A DNA stretch of 64,000 nucleotides from Candidatus Latescibacterota bacterium. GTDB lineage: Bacteria > Latescibacterota > UBA2968. Below are positions 10,261 to 19,666 of this stretch, piece by piece (the first letter of the stretch is position 1; each line of letters starts with the position of its first letter). The notes beneath the pieces are model-generated. The model had not been told where the DNA came from, ran no database searches, and saw only the letters and a program-made list of their open reading frames with translations. A program made the position numbers and the translations under genes. The DNA lies in assembly GCA_965222605.1 (NCBI GenBank), contig OZ244960.1, positions 4,224,001 through 4,288,000 on the forward strand, written 5' to 3'.

Positions 10261-12030
10261 ATGGTAAAGATGTTGCTGAGAGATGTTGCGATGTCCGATC
10301 TGGCGGAGATTTACGAGCGGAATGCAGATCGGTCGCCTGCGCCGTATCTCAAAGATGCGGAGGCGGTAGATCTGTCGAGGGAATTGGCGAAGAAGAACGG
10401 GGTGTGGGATGATTTGAGCGAGAATTTGGATGGGAGCCGGGAGATTCCCGTGTTGAAGCGGTCGGCTTTTCGCAATTATCAGCGCGTTGGGGATCGCATT
10501 TTGCCACAGACTGTAGCGGGTAACCGCAGACGCGAGTTGGAGCGGGCAGCGATGGCTTTGTGGCTGGGGCATCCCAATGCCGATGTGGATTATTTGCAGG
10601 ATTTGCTCTGGGCGTATTGCGACGATCACACGTGGGTGATGGCCGCGCACGAAGGTCGAGCTATTGATTTGGGGTCGGCTGCATTGGGTGCTGCGTTTGC
10701 AGAAATTTTACATGTTCTGGGTGATCAACTCGAGGCGGAGGTGGTCGAGCGCGTTTCGCGGAAGATTGAGGAGCATATTTTTGAGCCGTTCTGGAATTAC
10801 AGACATCTGGATTTTTGGAAGACCGTGCGGATGAATTGGAATCACGTTTGCAATGGCGAGATTATCCGCGCTGCGCTGTATCAGATCCAGGATCCGGTTG
10901 TGCTGGCTCATATGACCCACGCGGCGATTGTGAATTTGACGTATGCGATAGATGGATTTACAGATGATGGCGGGTGCGAAGAGGGGCCGGGTTATTGGGA
11001 ATACGGTTTTGGACATTTTTTGTACGTTGCCCATGCATTGTATTTGAAGACCAATGGGGAATTGAATTTGATGGTGGATGAGACGGGCAAAATCCATCGG
11101 ATATGCGAGTACCCGCTCGCGGCGCATATTCAGGGTGCGTTGCGCTCGACATTTGCGGATTCGAGCCACGGATATACGGGTGCGCGGTCTGCGATGATCG
11201 TCAATGCGTTTTTTGATATGCCCGAATTGTACGCTCTGTGCGACAAGCATTCGGACAATACTTTGAAGGTGCGGGATATGCATAGCCTGGCGATGTATTC
11301 CGGGTTTGAGGTGGAGGTCGAGGCGAATGATCGGGATTATGTTTTGTCCGATTTGGGGCAGGCGAAGTTGCGAGGGACGCCCGGGAAAGAGCAACTGACG
11401 CTGATGTGTCTGGCGGGGAATAATGGGGTGCCGCACAATCACAACGATATCGGGAGTTTTATTGTGCATCGCGGGGATGCGCTTTGGCTGACGGATCCGG
11501 CAGGTCCTGTTTATAGCCAAAAGACTTTTGGTCCCGATCGCTATGATATTCTGTTTTGCAATGCGCTGGGCCATTCTGTGCCCGTGATCAATGGGCAGTT
11601 GCAGCAGCCTGGCGGCGAGTATTTTGGTACGTTGGAGGTGGAAAATTTGAATGGCGAGGGCGAAAAACGCGCGGTGATAGATATGACGCAGGCGTATCCG
11701 GAAGGTACGGTGAAAAGCCTGACGCGTACCTTTGTGCTGGAGGAGAATGTTCTGACGATGGAAGATCACTATGTGTTTGATAGTGTTCCGCAAACACTTG
11801 AGGAAGGGTTTATTACGTTTGAGGATGTGCACATTGATGGTGGTTCGGTTCAGATCGGTCCCAAAGGCGAGGGTATTACACTTTCTGCGGTTGATACACC
11901 GGGCGCGTTTGCGGTCAAGCGGTTTGAAGAGGAGTCAAAAGAAGGGCGTACAGGGGAGGTGGTTACGCGTGTGACTTTTACGCCCGCAGAGCTATCGCAA
12001 GACTTCTGTTTGCGGTTTGCTATGGGGTGA
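10261..12030 (+). CDS. Heparinase II/III-like polysaccharide lyase domain protein
   Basis: NWNHVCN, DGGC.EGPGYW.YG, HNHND.GSF and HSVP.ING motifs. Confidence 0.8.
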   Translation: MVKMLLRDVAMSDLAEIYERNADRSPAPYLKDAEAVDLSRELAKKNGVWDDLSENLDGSREIPVLKRSAFRNYQRVGDRILPQTVAGNRRRELERAAMALWLGHPNADVDYLQDLLWAYCDDHTWVMAAHEGRAIDLGSAALGAAFAEILHVLGDQLEAEVVERVSRKIEEHIFEPFWNYRHLDFWKTVRMNWNHVCNGEIIRAALYQIQDPVVLAHMTHAAIVNLTYAIDGFTDDGGCEEGPGYWEYGFGHFLYVAHALYLKTNGELNLMVDETGKIHRICEYPLAAHIQGALRSTFADSSHGYTGARSAMIVNAFFDMPELYALCDKHSDNTLKVRDMHSLAMYSGFEVEVEANDRDYVLSDLGQAKLRGTPGKEQLTLMCLAGNNGVPHNHNDIGSFIVHRGDALWLTDPAGPVYSQKTFGPDRYDILFCNALGHSVPVINGQLQQPGGEYFGTLEVENLNGEGEKRAVIDMTQAYPEGTVKSLTRTFVLEENVLTMEDHYVFDSVPQTLEEGFITFEDVHIDGGSVQIGPKGEGITLSAVDTPGAFAVKRFEEESKEGRTGEVVTRVTFTPAELSQDFCLRFAMG

Positions 12031-12049
12031 GTTTCTGGGAGGATTAGTC

Positions 12050-12865
12050 ATGTATAAAATTTCTTATGACGGCAGCAATAAGAAGGTGATGTGGCAGGAG
12101 ATGTGGCGGCACGAGTTTTTGGATGCTTTGAAACGCGATCCCGTGGTGATTGTGCCCGTGGGATCTGTGGAACAGCACGGACCGCATTGTCCGATGGATG
12201 TGGATATTTCGGCGCCGTTCTATATGGCGGTGGCTGTGGCACAGCGCGTGGATGATTTTCCCGTGATTGTCGCGCCGCCGGTGTGGTCTGGGTTTACGCA
12301 TTATAATATGGGATTTCCCGGTACGATCAATTTGCGTTTGGAGACGTTTCAGAATTTGCTGGCGGATATTTTTCGCAGCATTTACGCCAATGGGTTCAAG
12401 CGGATTATTTCCGTCAATGGACACGGGGGCAATGCGGCGCCCTGTCGCGCTGTTTCGTGGCAGGTGGCAGAGGAGAATATTTTTACGCTGTCATTTAGCT
12501 GGTGGGATATGGTGGATAAGGAATTGCGGGAATGGAGTGCGACAAATGAAGGCGTGGGGCACGCCGGGGAATGGGAGACGGCTGTGCAGCTTCATTTGCG
12601 CGAATATCTCGTTGATAAGAGCCGTATTGATAGCGATGAAACTGGGACGAGATCCTTTGGCGATGATCTGTCATTTGCAGAATTTGCCGAGCGCCGCCGC
12701 GATACGAAAAAAGATACGGGTATTATGGGCGATGCGTTTGCTGCGAGTGCGGAGAAGGGCGCGCGCATTTTTGAACTGGCCTGTGAACGCCTGGAAAAGC
12801 TGGTGCGGGAATATCACAAGTTGCCAGTGCGCGAGTACCGGGAGTTCGGGTCTCACTGTCTTTGA
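12050..12865 (+). CDS. Creatininase/mycofactocin peptidase family protein
   Basis: P.GS.EQHGPH.P..D, NGHGGN, HAGE.ET motifs. GGAGG RBS before ATG 12050. Confidence 0.88.
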   Translation: MYKISYDGSNKKVMWQEMWRHEFLDALKRDPVVIVPVGSVEQHGPHCPMDVDISAPFYMAVAVAQRVDDFPVIVAPPVWSGFTHYNMGFPGTINLRLETFQNLLADIFRSIYANGFKRIISVNGHGGNAAPCRAVSWQVAEENIFTLSFSWWDMVDKELREWSATNEGVGHAGEWETAVQLHLREYLVDKSRIDSDETGTRSFGDDLSFAEFAERRRDTKKDTGIMGDAFAASAEKGARIFELACERLEKLVREYHKLPVREYREFGSHCL

Positions 12866-13000
12866 GCGTTAAATCTGGCTGTATATTGCTGCCAGAGGGT
12901 CCCGGCTGGGGTGTAGAACTCGATATGGACGGTGTTGAGAAACACCGCTGGCGGGTGGGAGATCCGCGGTAAAGATTCCCATTACATAAGGAGATTTTCC

Positions 13001-13912
13001 ATGCGTCGCTTCACGCGTACGCCCTATTATAGTGGGCCGGATGATCCGGCTATTGGCGAGGTACGGGGTACTCTCGCCCTGGGTGAGACCGTGGTTATTG
13101 AGACGATTGGTGGAGCCGATAATGATTTTGAGGCTGCTGGTGAGACCCGCGCGGGGATGATTACTTCTGGAGAAAGTCACCGCCGCTATGCCCGCCGTGG
13201 CGGTCCTTTTCGCATTGAAGGGATTGCGCCGGATGACTGGGTTGCTATTGAGATTATTGATATTGAGGTGGGGCCTTATGGCTTTTATCGCAATGGTGGT
13301 CCCAATTGGGGCAACTGGCGCTGCGTGGCGCCTGTGCGCGATGGGTTGATCCACTTTCCGCCAGATTTTGTGGTGCCGGTGCGCCCTATGGTTGGCGTGG
13401 TTCAACTCGAACCGTGGGCTGCCCATTCGATTGACCACGGCGGCAATATGGATTTTAATGCGATTCAGCCGGGCAGCACTGTACATATTCGCGCCCAAAA
13501 GCCCGGGGGATTGCTCTCTTTGGGCGATGTCCATGCGCGGATGGGCGATGGCGAGTTGACCGGTGCTGGTGTGGAAATCGATGCGGCGGTTACTTTAAAA
13601 GTGGATCGCTCTCCCGGGTTTCCCAATAGCAGTCCGGTGGTGGAGACGACCACGGTGGTAGAAGCCGCTGAGGAGTATCTGACCAGTGCTCGGGCGGCTG
13701 AGTGGGGCGAGGTGCTCAGGCTGGCCTGGCTGGAGATGGTGGCGCTGATTATCGATCGCTACGATACCACGTACGAATACGCCAATATGATCGTGGGCAC
13801 GATTGGCGATGCGCGGCCCGGTTTTGCCACCGGTTATATGGGCAGCTATGTCACATGTCAGATTGCTGTAACTAAGGAACTGCGGCGCACGGGAGTACCG
13901 TACGAGGCGTAG
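13001..13912 (+). CDS. Acetamidase/formamidase family protein
   Basis: GP..IEG..P.D, PMVG, GGNMD, GD.HA.MGDGE motifs. AAGGAG RBS. Confidence 0.85.
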   Translation: MRRFTRTPYYSGPDDPAIGEVRGTLALGETVVIETIGGADNDFEAAGETRAGMITSGESHRRYARRGGPFRIEGIAPDDWVAIEIIDIEVGPYGFYRNGGPNWGNWRCVAPVRDGLIHFPPDFVVPVRPMVGVVQLEPWAAHSIDHGGNMDFNAIQPGSTVHIRAQKPGGLLSLGDVHARMGDGELTGAGVEIDAAVTLKVDRSPGFPNSSPVVETTTVVEAAEEYLTSARAAEWGEVLRLAWLEMVALIIDRYDTTYEYANMIVGTIGDARPGFATGYMGSYVTCQIAVTKELRRTGVPYEA

Positions 13913-13959
13913 GGGTTTGGGGTTGATGTTATTCACAATTATTGATGAAAGGATTTGCT

Positions 13960-14733
13960 ATGTATTTGTATGGGATTCGCAATGCGAGTCTAAATATGGA
14001 TTGGGGGAAAGATGCTTTTGCCGCAGCAGGGGATATTGGGTTTGATGGGGTGGAGATTGTGCTGCGAGAGGAGGAGCGATTGGACTGGCTTTTGAGTGCG
14101 GCGGGTCGGGAGGAGGTTGGGAGATGGGTTCAGGAGACGGGCACGCAAGCGTGTTCAATCAGTTTTGCCCTGTTTCGGGCATACAAGGGAAATGAGGAAG
14201 ACGAGGCTGTGCGCGATCGCGTGGTGGAGCTTGTGCAAAAGGGGATTCGCGCGTGTAAGGGCATGGGGGGTGTCGGTATTTTACTCCCGTATTTCGATGC
14301 GGAGAATCTCGATATGTCGAGCGCGCATGCAGAATTGCTGATTGAGGACATGAAGCGATGCGCCCCTGTCGCTGAAGACGAGGGCATTAAGGTTGCTCTG
14401 GAGACCAGTTTTTCACCGGGATTGTTGAGGACGATTTGCGATGGCGTGGGGTCTGAGATGGTGGGGGTGTATCAAGATACGGCAAATGCGCTGCAATACG
14501 GGTACGATTCGGTAGATATGCTCGTCGCGTTACCCGAACACACACAATTGATTCATCTGAAAGATACGCGGCGTTCAGACCTGGGCGAAGGCGATGTGGA
14601 TTTTCCCGCGTGTCGAGATGCGATTGCACAGATTGGTTACGAGGGATGGCTGGTTTTTGAAACGCCGGGGGGGTCTGATCCTGTGGCATCGGGTGAGAAG
14701 AATTTGGCGTTTGCGAAAGAGATGTTTGGGTAG
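13960..14733 (+). CDS. Sugar phosphate isomerase/epimerase (xylose isomerase-like TIM barrel)
   Basis: GFDGVE, ALE, D.AN, IHLKD, LGEG.VDF, GY.GW.V.E motifs. Confidence 0.85.
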   Translation: MYLYGIRNASLNMDWGKDAFAAAGDIGFDGVEIVLREEERLDWLLSAAGREEVGRWVQETGTQACSISFALFRAYKGNEEDEAVRDRVVELVQKGIRACKGMGGVGILLPYFDAENLDMSSAHAELLIEDMKRCAPVAEDEGIKVALETSFSPGLLRTICDGVGSEMVGVYQDTANALQYGYDSVDMLVALPEHTQLIHLKDTRRSDLGEGDVDFPACRDAIAQIGYEGWLVFETPGGSDPVASGEKNLAFAKEMFG

Positions 14734-14735
14734 GC

Positions 14736-14822
14736 TGGCAGAGGGTGAGGGAATCGAACCCTATGCGGTTGCCCGCACCACCGACCAATGTCAGGCGGCC
14801 CACCACGGACCGTTCACCCCCT
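14736..14822 (-). ncRNA. tRNA-like RNA with 8/4 (allo-tRNA-type) fold and defective anticodon loop
   Basis: Minus strand reads AGGGGGTG AA CGGTCC-GTGGT-GGGCCG C CTGAC-ATTG-GTCGG TG GTGCGG-GCAA-CCGCAT AGGG-TTCGATT-CCCT CACCCTCT G CCA. This gives an 8-bp acceptor stem, 6-bp D stem, long variable arm, 4-bp T stem with canonical T loop, G discriminator and encoded CCA. Confidence 0.75.
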
Positions 14823-14850
14823 ACCTATCTATTTTGACAAATCTGCGCGC

Positions 14851-15838
14851 TCAAGGGTTTCTCCAAAGGTGAGGTCGCAGTTCACCCAGGGATTGTTCAT
14901 TGGGTTGGATAAATTCTACGGCTGGGCTTTCGATGCGCCCATAGGCATTCCACACTTTGAATCCGAGCAAAGACAGGAGATCGGGCGATGCATCAGCCAG
15001 TACTTTGGTATCCGTGCCTACGGTAAAATTTTCCTGTGGACGGAACTGGGGACCGCAGAATGTGGTGAGTATGGCCCAGCGCAATTGGTCGCTTATATTG
15101 GCTCCCGTGCCGTGCCAGATACGTCCGTCGAGGAACCCAACCGTGCCGGCTGGACCTTCGAGGGCGACTGTTTCGATGGTGTTGTCGTCGGGGTTGTCTG
15201 GGCGTCGTCCCCACAGGTGGCTGCCGGGAACGATGCGGGTGCCGCCGTTTTCTGCTGTGAAGTCGCCAATCATCCATGCATGCCACATTGAGGACTACGC
15301 GGGGCCATATAGATGTGGCATTGGGTTCATCTGTTTGCTCGCGGGTGATGGAACCTGCGGGTAAATGCGTTCGGTCTGGGCGCGTTGGCATGGGCATCCA
15401 CCACTGGTCTGTGTGCAGGCGCATGGGAACGCCGCCGGGTTTGGCAATATTGGCCGAATGGCTCGATAGCAAATAATCATTGCCCAGTGCGTGATCTGCG
15501 ATGTTGCGAACCCTTGAGTGTAAGAGCATGTCTTGAAATACCCGACCTTTGTTGATTAGCATCCACACGCGCTGGTTTACGCCTCCCGCAGATTGCGTAA
15601 ACGCTCCCCCGCGTACCTGCCCTTTTTTGTTTCGAAAATCCCCCCAGTTTTGTTTTGCACCCCCGTCTTCAAATGCGAGCCCGCGTTGTTTTTCGGCTAT
15701 GGCCTGTTCTTTTAGGCGGGTTTTTATTTGCAACAGGTCTTCTGCATTGAGCGCGTTGGCGAGCAGGCCATAACCATAGGTGTCGAATTGTGTTTTGACC
15801 TGTGCGAGATCTTCGGTTGGTTGTGGAAGTTCAGACAT
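14851..15838 (-). pseudogene. Phytanoyl-CoA dioxygenase (PhyH) family, frameshifted
   Basis: The N-terminal part (GYGLL, LHTDQ) and C-terminal part (WMIGDFTAENGGTRIVPGSH, IWHG) are in different frames. ATGC is duplicated at 15276-15283; removing 4 nt restores a 327-aa ORF (..LNVAWMIGDF..). Confidence 0.85.
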
Positions 15839-15867
15839 GCGTATTCCTCAGATTTGGATAATCGCTA

Positions 15868-16250
15868 TTATCGTGGCAAAATGCCATACTGGCGCAGGGT
15901 GCTCTCCAGTGTTGGGCGACTAAGGCGAATGCGGTCGTCGTTTAGCAAATAGGAGAAGACATACCCGAGGCCGAGCATAAAAATCCCGATCAAAAAACAA
16001 TATATGACTGCGCGGCCGGGGTATTCGTCTTTCAGATATCCCACGTAGCGGGGTCCGAAGATTCCCGCTGCGGCCCAGGCGGTTAGAATTGCCCCGTAGA
16101 TGTTGGACATTTTTTTGCTGCCAAAAACGTCGAGGACAAAAGATGGCATTGTGGCAAAGCCACCGCCAAAGCACAACAGGACATAACAAACGAGCGCGGA
16201 AAAGATCCAGGGGTTGCGCTCTGTCATCAAGATACCGAACAGAGTTGCAA
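15868..16250 (-). pseudogene. C-terminal fragment of an OFA (oxalate/formate antiporter)-type MFS transporter
   Basis: CFGGGFATMPSFVLDVFG.K....IYG.ILTAW.AAGIFGP is the OFA-MFS C-terminal half. The N-terminal TMs are absent. Confidence 0.7.
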
Positions 16251-16309
16251 GAGCGTGCATAAGAGCGCGATAACTGAACGTGGAATATGTATTTCCCGTT
16301 TTGCCATTT

Positions 16310-16615
16310 TTATGTGTCCGGTTGATCGCTTTTTTGATCTCCTGAAAAATGGAGGAAGAGGTGGGCCAGATGCCCGACCTCGTCGTCGCGCGATAGCAGT
16401 TTGTCGTCCGAGGACCCAGCTTCACCACGCGCGAGACCCACTGCATAAGCAAGGAGTTCGCCCAGGGGATTCGCCGCGAGGTTGACGAGCCATATCGCAG
16501 CAAAGAAGCCAACCACGAGTATGATGCAGATGAGATAGACCTGCCTTCCGATTGCTCTTCTCGTTATTGGTTTCATACGGGATGTAATCTTTCGCTGACG
16601 CCCAGACCTGATCAT
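16310..16615 (-). pseudogene. TM + HAMP domain fragment (sensor remnant)
   Basis: A hydrophobic helix is followed by NPL.EL...A..LARG......RDDEVG.LA..F, a HAMP pattern. There is no input or output domain. Confidence 0.5.
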
Positions 16616-17412
16616 TCCTCAAGCGTTGGACGATTTAGCCGCGTGTGATAGGGCGGTTCCATGACCGCGCGGTGTCGTTCGTTTGCCCATTCGGGTGTGT
16701 CGTAGGCGCGTACATACGCCATGTTGCCGGCGGTGTAGCGGGTGAGCGTTGACCGGCGGGGATGGTCTGCTGTCCAGGGCAGGGTGCCGTGTGTGACGGC
16801 TTCGGTGAAGATGATTGCGTCACCAGCCTTACATGTGATTTGGCGAATGTGCTCACGATGTTTCTGGTAGAGACGCATGTCTTGCGGACAGAGATAATTG
16901 CTTTTGTGCGATCCGGGAATGAGGGAGAGACCACCATCGCCTGGGTTGACATCGGTGAGCTGGATGGAGACGACGGTGAGGCCGTTGTGCATTTTGCCGT
17001 TTTTGAAAATATAATACTGGTTGGGGTCAAATCCGGGGCCAGAGGAGCCGTGGAAGCGAAAGCCTTCAGCCCCTTTGTCCATCCAGAGCAGCAACATCTG
17101 GTGATCGATGCGAAAGCCTTTGCCGAGCATTTCGTTGAGATAGGGCACAATGCGAGGGTGCGCCAGCATGTCGCGGAAGGGGTTGCACCAGGGTTCGTCC
17201 CAGTGGATGAGGCTACCCAGTTCGCCGCGACCATGCGTGCCTTCAAGGGCTGGTGAGTTGCCATCAAGACGCTGTTCTCTCGGGCGAATACGCCCTTTGT
17301 CGAGGTGGCGATCAACCGCTTCGTTTGCCAGGGCGAGTTCGTTTTCGGTCAAGACGTTTTCAACGACGAGATATCCGTTGAGGTCAAAGAGATATTTTTC
17401 GTCTTCGGTCAT
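16612..17412 (-). CDS. Phytanoyl-CoA dioxygenase (PhyH) family protein
   Basis: FDLNGYLVVENVL, LTDV.PGDGG...IPGSHK, AGD.IIF.E...HGT.PW, RR motifs. Start at MTEDEK. Confidence 0.85.
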   Translation of the reverse strand: MTEDEKYLFDLNGYLVVENVLTENELALANEAVDRHLDKGRIRPREQRLDGNSPALEGTHGRGELGSLIHWDEPWCNPFRDMLAHPRIVPYLNEMLGKGFRIDHQMLLLWMDKGAEGFRFHGSSGPGFDPNQYYIFKNGKMHNGLTVVSIQLTDVNPGDGGLSLIPGSHKSNYLCPQDMRLYQKHREHIRQITCKAGDAIIFTEAVTHGTLPWTADHPRRSTLTRYTAGNMAYVRAYDTPEWANERHRAVMEPPYHTRLNRPTLEE

Positions 17413-17438
17413 GGTGTTAGATTTCTTGTTTGGGGTTT

Positions 17439-18884
17439 TTAATTTATCAGACCCGCATACGCTTCTCGCCCTTGTCGGAAGAGGTCTTTGACTTCTTCGC
17501 GTTGCTGGTCGGTGTTGTAGCGGCCATAGGTGTCGATCCATTTGAGCGCGTCTTCGATGCCGTTGAGAAAATACTGTGCGGATTCGTTGCGCTCGGCAGG
17601 TGGGCGGCCGCAGGCAAAATAAACCGGGCTGCTGTGTGCGTAGATCGATTGGTCGAAGCTGTCGCGCTGGTTGCCCCAGATCCGGGCGGCGATCCAGCCG
17701 TCGCGGTCGATATTTACCCGATGGCGAATGGCGCCTTCGCGTTTGCCTTCGGGATAGTTTTCCCTGTGGATGATGCGGCCATTCATCGCGATTTCGGCGC
17801 AGTGAATGGGGTAAAAGGATGTGAACGTGGATTCTATGTCGAGCGCGCCGCCAGAGGGCAATTCGACCGTGGCGCCCATGGGTTGATCGTTTACGTTCAG
17901 GTCAATGGCGGGACCATTGGTGATAAAGGTGTTGCCCGATTTCATGCCGGAAATCCAGTTTTCGTAGGAGAACGCGCCTTTGGTGTTGACATAGACGCGG
18001 TTGTTGGAGCAGACGAACCAGTCGGTGCCGGTGGAGGCGGGCAAGGCGATGCCGCAATTGAGCAGTTTGTACCACAGGTCGTATTCGGGGTCCATCCAGA
18101 AGGGATCGAATAGGTTGAAGGCGTCCAATTTACCCAGTGCTGCGGCAATGGGGGCTTCCATGCCGCGACCGTTGTGACACCATATCACGATGCCACCTTG
18201 ATCGCGGGCTTCGTCGCAGCAAAAGCATAGCGGGGGATAGTCGGGGTCGAATTGCGCGGTGAGGATGTGGCCGCGGCTGACGGGTTGGATGAGGTTGCGG
18301 ATGTTGAGGAACATGACGTGCCCGTATCCAAACCCCCAGGGCGAGTTTTCGCCGTAGTGGCGGTTTTCTTCGCCGATGTCGAGTACGTGATGTGCGGTGG
18401 TAAATTCGTTCATCACGCCGATGGGATATTTGTTGCTGGCGTAGGGGAGTTGTCTTCTGTCGAGGACGCTTACGACGGTGACGTTGTAGCCTTCCACGCT
18501 ACAGTCAACGGATAGACGGTCGTCGGGGCGGGTTTCTTTTTCGTCGTAGTGGATGTGCGTGTTGCCCGGATACCAGTTGTTTTCCTGTGGGATATACCAG
18601 CGGTTGAGGGTGATTTCGACGTCTTTGACGCCGTTTTCCGGCATTTCGACTACGGTGCGGATGGGTTCGTATTCCGTGCCGCGTTCGACCAATATGTCGG
18701 TGCGCCCGCGTGAGGCTTGAACTTCAAATTCGCCATCGCAGAAGAAGAAGGGCGTGCCGGGTCCGCGTTTGAGCATGGCATCGCGCGGGTGGCAAAAACG
18801 ACCGTTGGCGGTCAGGACGTGTACTTTGGCGTTGATGTGTTCGCCTGTCGCGCTGTCGATAATATGTCCGTGCAGGGTGCCCAT
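17439..18884 (-). CDS. CehA/McbA-like PHP metallohydrolase with N-terminal carboxypeptidase-regulatory-like domain
   Basis: W..GNTHIH, GEE.R, GH, WCH, GTD and G..F.TNGP motifs; C-terminal AHSSPVY. Confidence 0.7.
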   Translation of the reverse strand: MGTLHGHIIDSATGEHINAKVHVLTANGRFCHPRDAMLKRGPGTPFFFCDGEFEVQASRGRTDILVERGTEYEPIRTVVEMPENGVKDVEITLNRWYIPQENNWYPGNTHIHYDEKETRPDDRLSVDCSVEGYNVTVVSVLDRRQLPYASNKYPIGVMNEFTTAHHVLDIGEENRHYGENSPWGFGYGHVMFLNIRNLIQPVSRGHILTAQFDPDYPPLCFCCDEARDQGGIVIWCHNGRGMEAPIAAALGKLDAFNLFDPFWMDPEYDLWYKLLNCGIALPASTGTDWFVCSNNRVYVNTKGAFSYENWISGMKSGNTFITNGPAIDLNVNDQPMGATVELPSGGALDIESTFTSFYPIHCAEIAMNGRIIHRENYPEGKREGAIRHRVNIDRDGWIAARIWGNQRDSFDQSIYAHSSPVYFACGRPPAERNESAQYFLNGIEDALKWIDTYGRYNTDQQREEVKDLFRQGREAYAGLIN

Positions 18885-18928
18885 AGATAACTCCCGGTTT
18901 GGGTGACTGCCTGCTTTTTTGGGGGCGT

Positions 18929-19351
18929 TTACTCCAAATTGAGCTTGTCTGCAAATGCCAGCATTTTTGCTTCAACCTCCTGGGCAATCGGTTGTAGTGT
19001 TTCCTGATCGATCTCGATCTGCTGAATTCTTTCATCCGTATTTGTCGTGAGACAAAAACGCAGGTTGTGTGTCAGGTCGTGCATCGCTTGCCCAATATGG
19101 TCTCGAACCGTTCCGGGGCGGTACATCCACTGCCTTGCCCGGGTCTGTTTCAAGTTGATGTGGCAATGGCCTTTCCCTCCGTGTTTTTTTGCCTCTCCAA
19201 AGCAGTCCAGACGCAAAACCTCCTGATTATAAGCATACACAGATGCTGCGGGACCGTAACCGGCGCGGTCATCCCGCCAATAGACGTCCAGTCGCACATC
19301 GTCTTGTATCGGATATGTAACCCGATCTTGTCTGCCTGGTTGTGTATCCAT
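18929..19351 (-). CDS. Hypothetical protein (140 aa)
   Basis: Clean ORF with AGGGG RBS, co-oriented with the downstream genes. LRLDCF...GHCH suggests metal-binding residues. Confidence 0.6.
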   Translation of the reverse strand: MDTQPGRQDRVTYPIQDDVRLDVYWRDDRAGYGPAASVYAYNQEVLRLDCFGEAKKHGGKGHCHINLKQTRARQWMYRPGTVRDHIGQAMHDLTHNLRFCLTTNTDERIQQIEIDQETLQPIAQEVEAKMLAFADKLNLE

Positions 19352-19602
19352 GTCATTTCCCCTTTATTGTGGCCTGTTAGGGCCTGTGAGCAGCTTCGTG
19401 GATGGCGTATTTAGCACAAGTTAGGTTTTAGGCAGAACGGCGTAGTTCAGGAAGTGATTGCCTGTTCTGATAGTTTGCCGATATTTTTTATTTTTACTTT
19501 GAAAGCCATGGCAGGTTTGATTGATAAGTTGAATACACGCTTTATGGTGTTTGTTCAGGATATTGCCAAAATTCCATAAAGTTAAGATACATATCTTAGG
19601 AT

Positions 19603-19646
19603 AAAAAGAAAAGCCCCGCTTTTACCATTGTTTTTTGTGGCGGGGC
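19603..19646 (-). terminator. Intrinsic terminator after the GH-like gene
   Basis: GCCCCGC/GCGGGGC stem followed on the minus strand by TTTTCTTTTT. Confidence 0.55.
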
Positions 19647-19666
19647 GTTCTGTATTTGTCCGCAGG

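Noticed and set aside
10708-11832. Long antisense ORFs (also 1332-2204, 3883-4785, 61144-61929)
   Set aside because: They are shadows of well-supported genes on the opposite strand and carry no recognisable motifs.
14736-14822. Call as an ordinary tRNA-Ser or tRNA-Sec
   Set aside because: There is no 7-nt anticodon loop or assignable anticodon, and the stems are 8/4 rather than 7/5 or 8/5.
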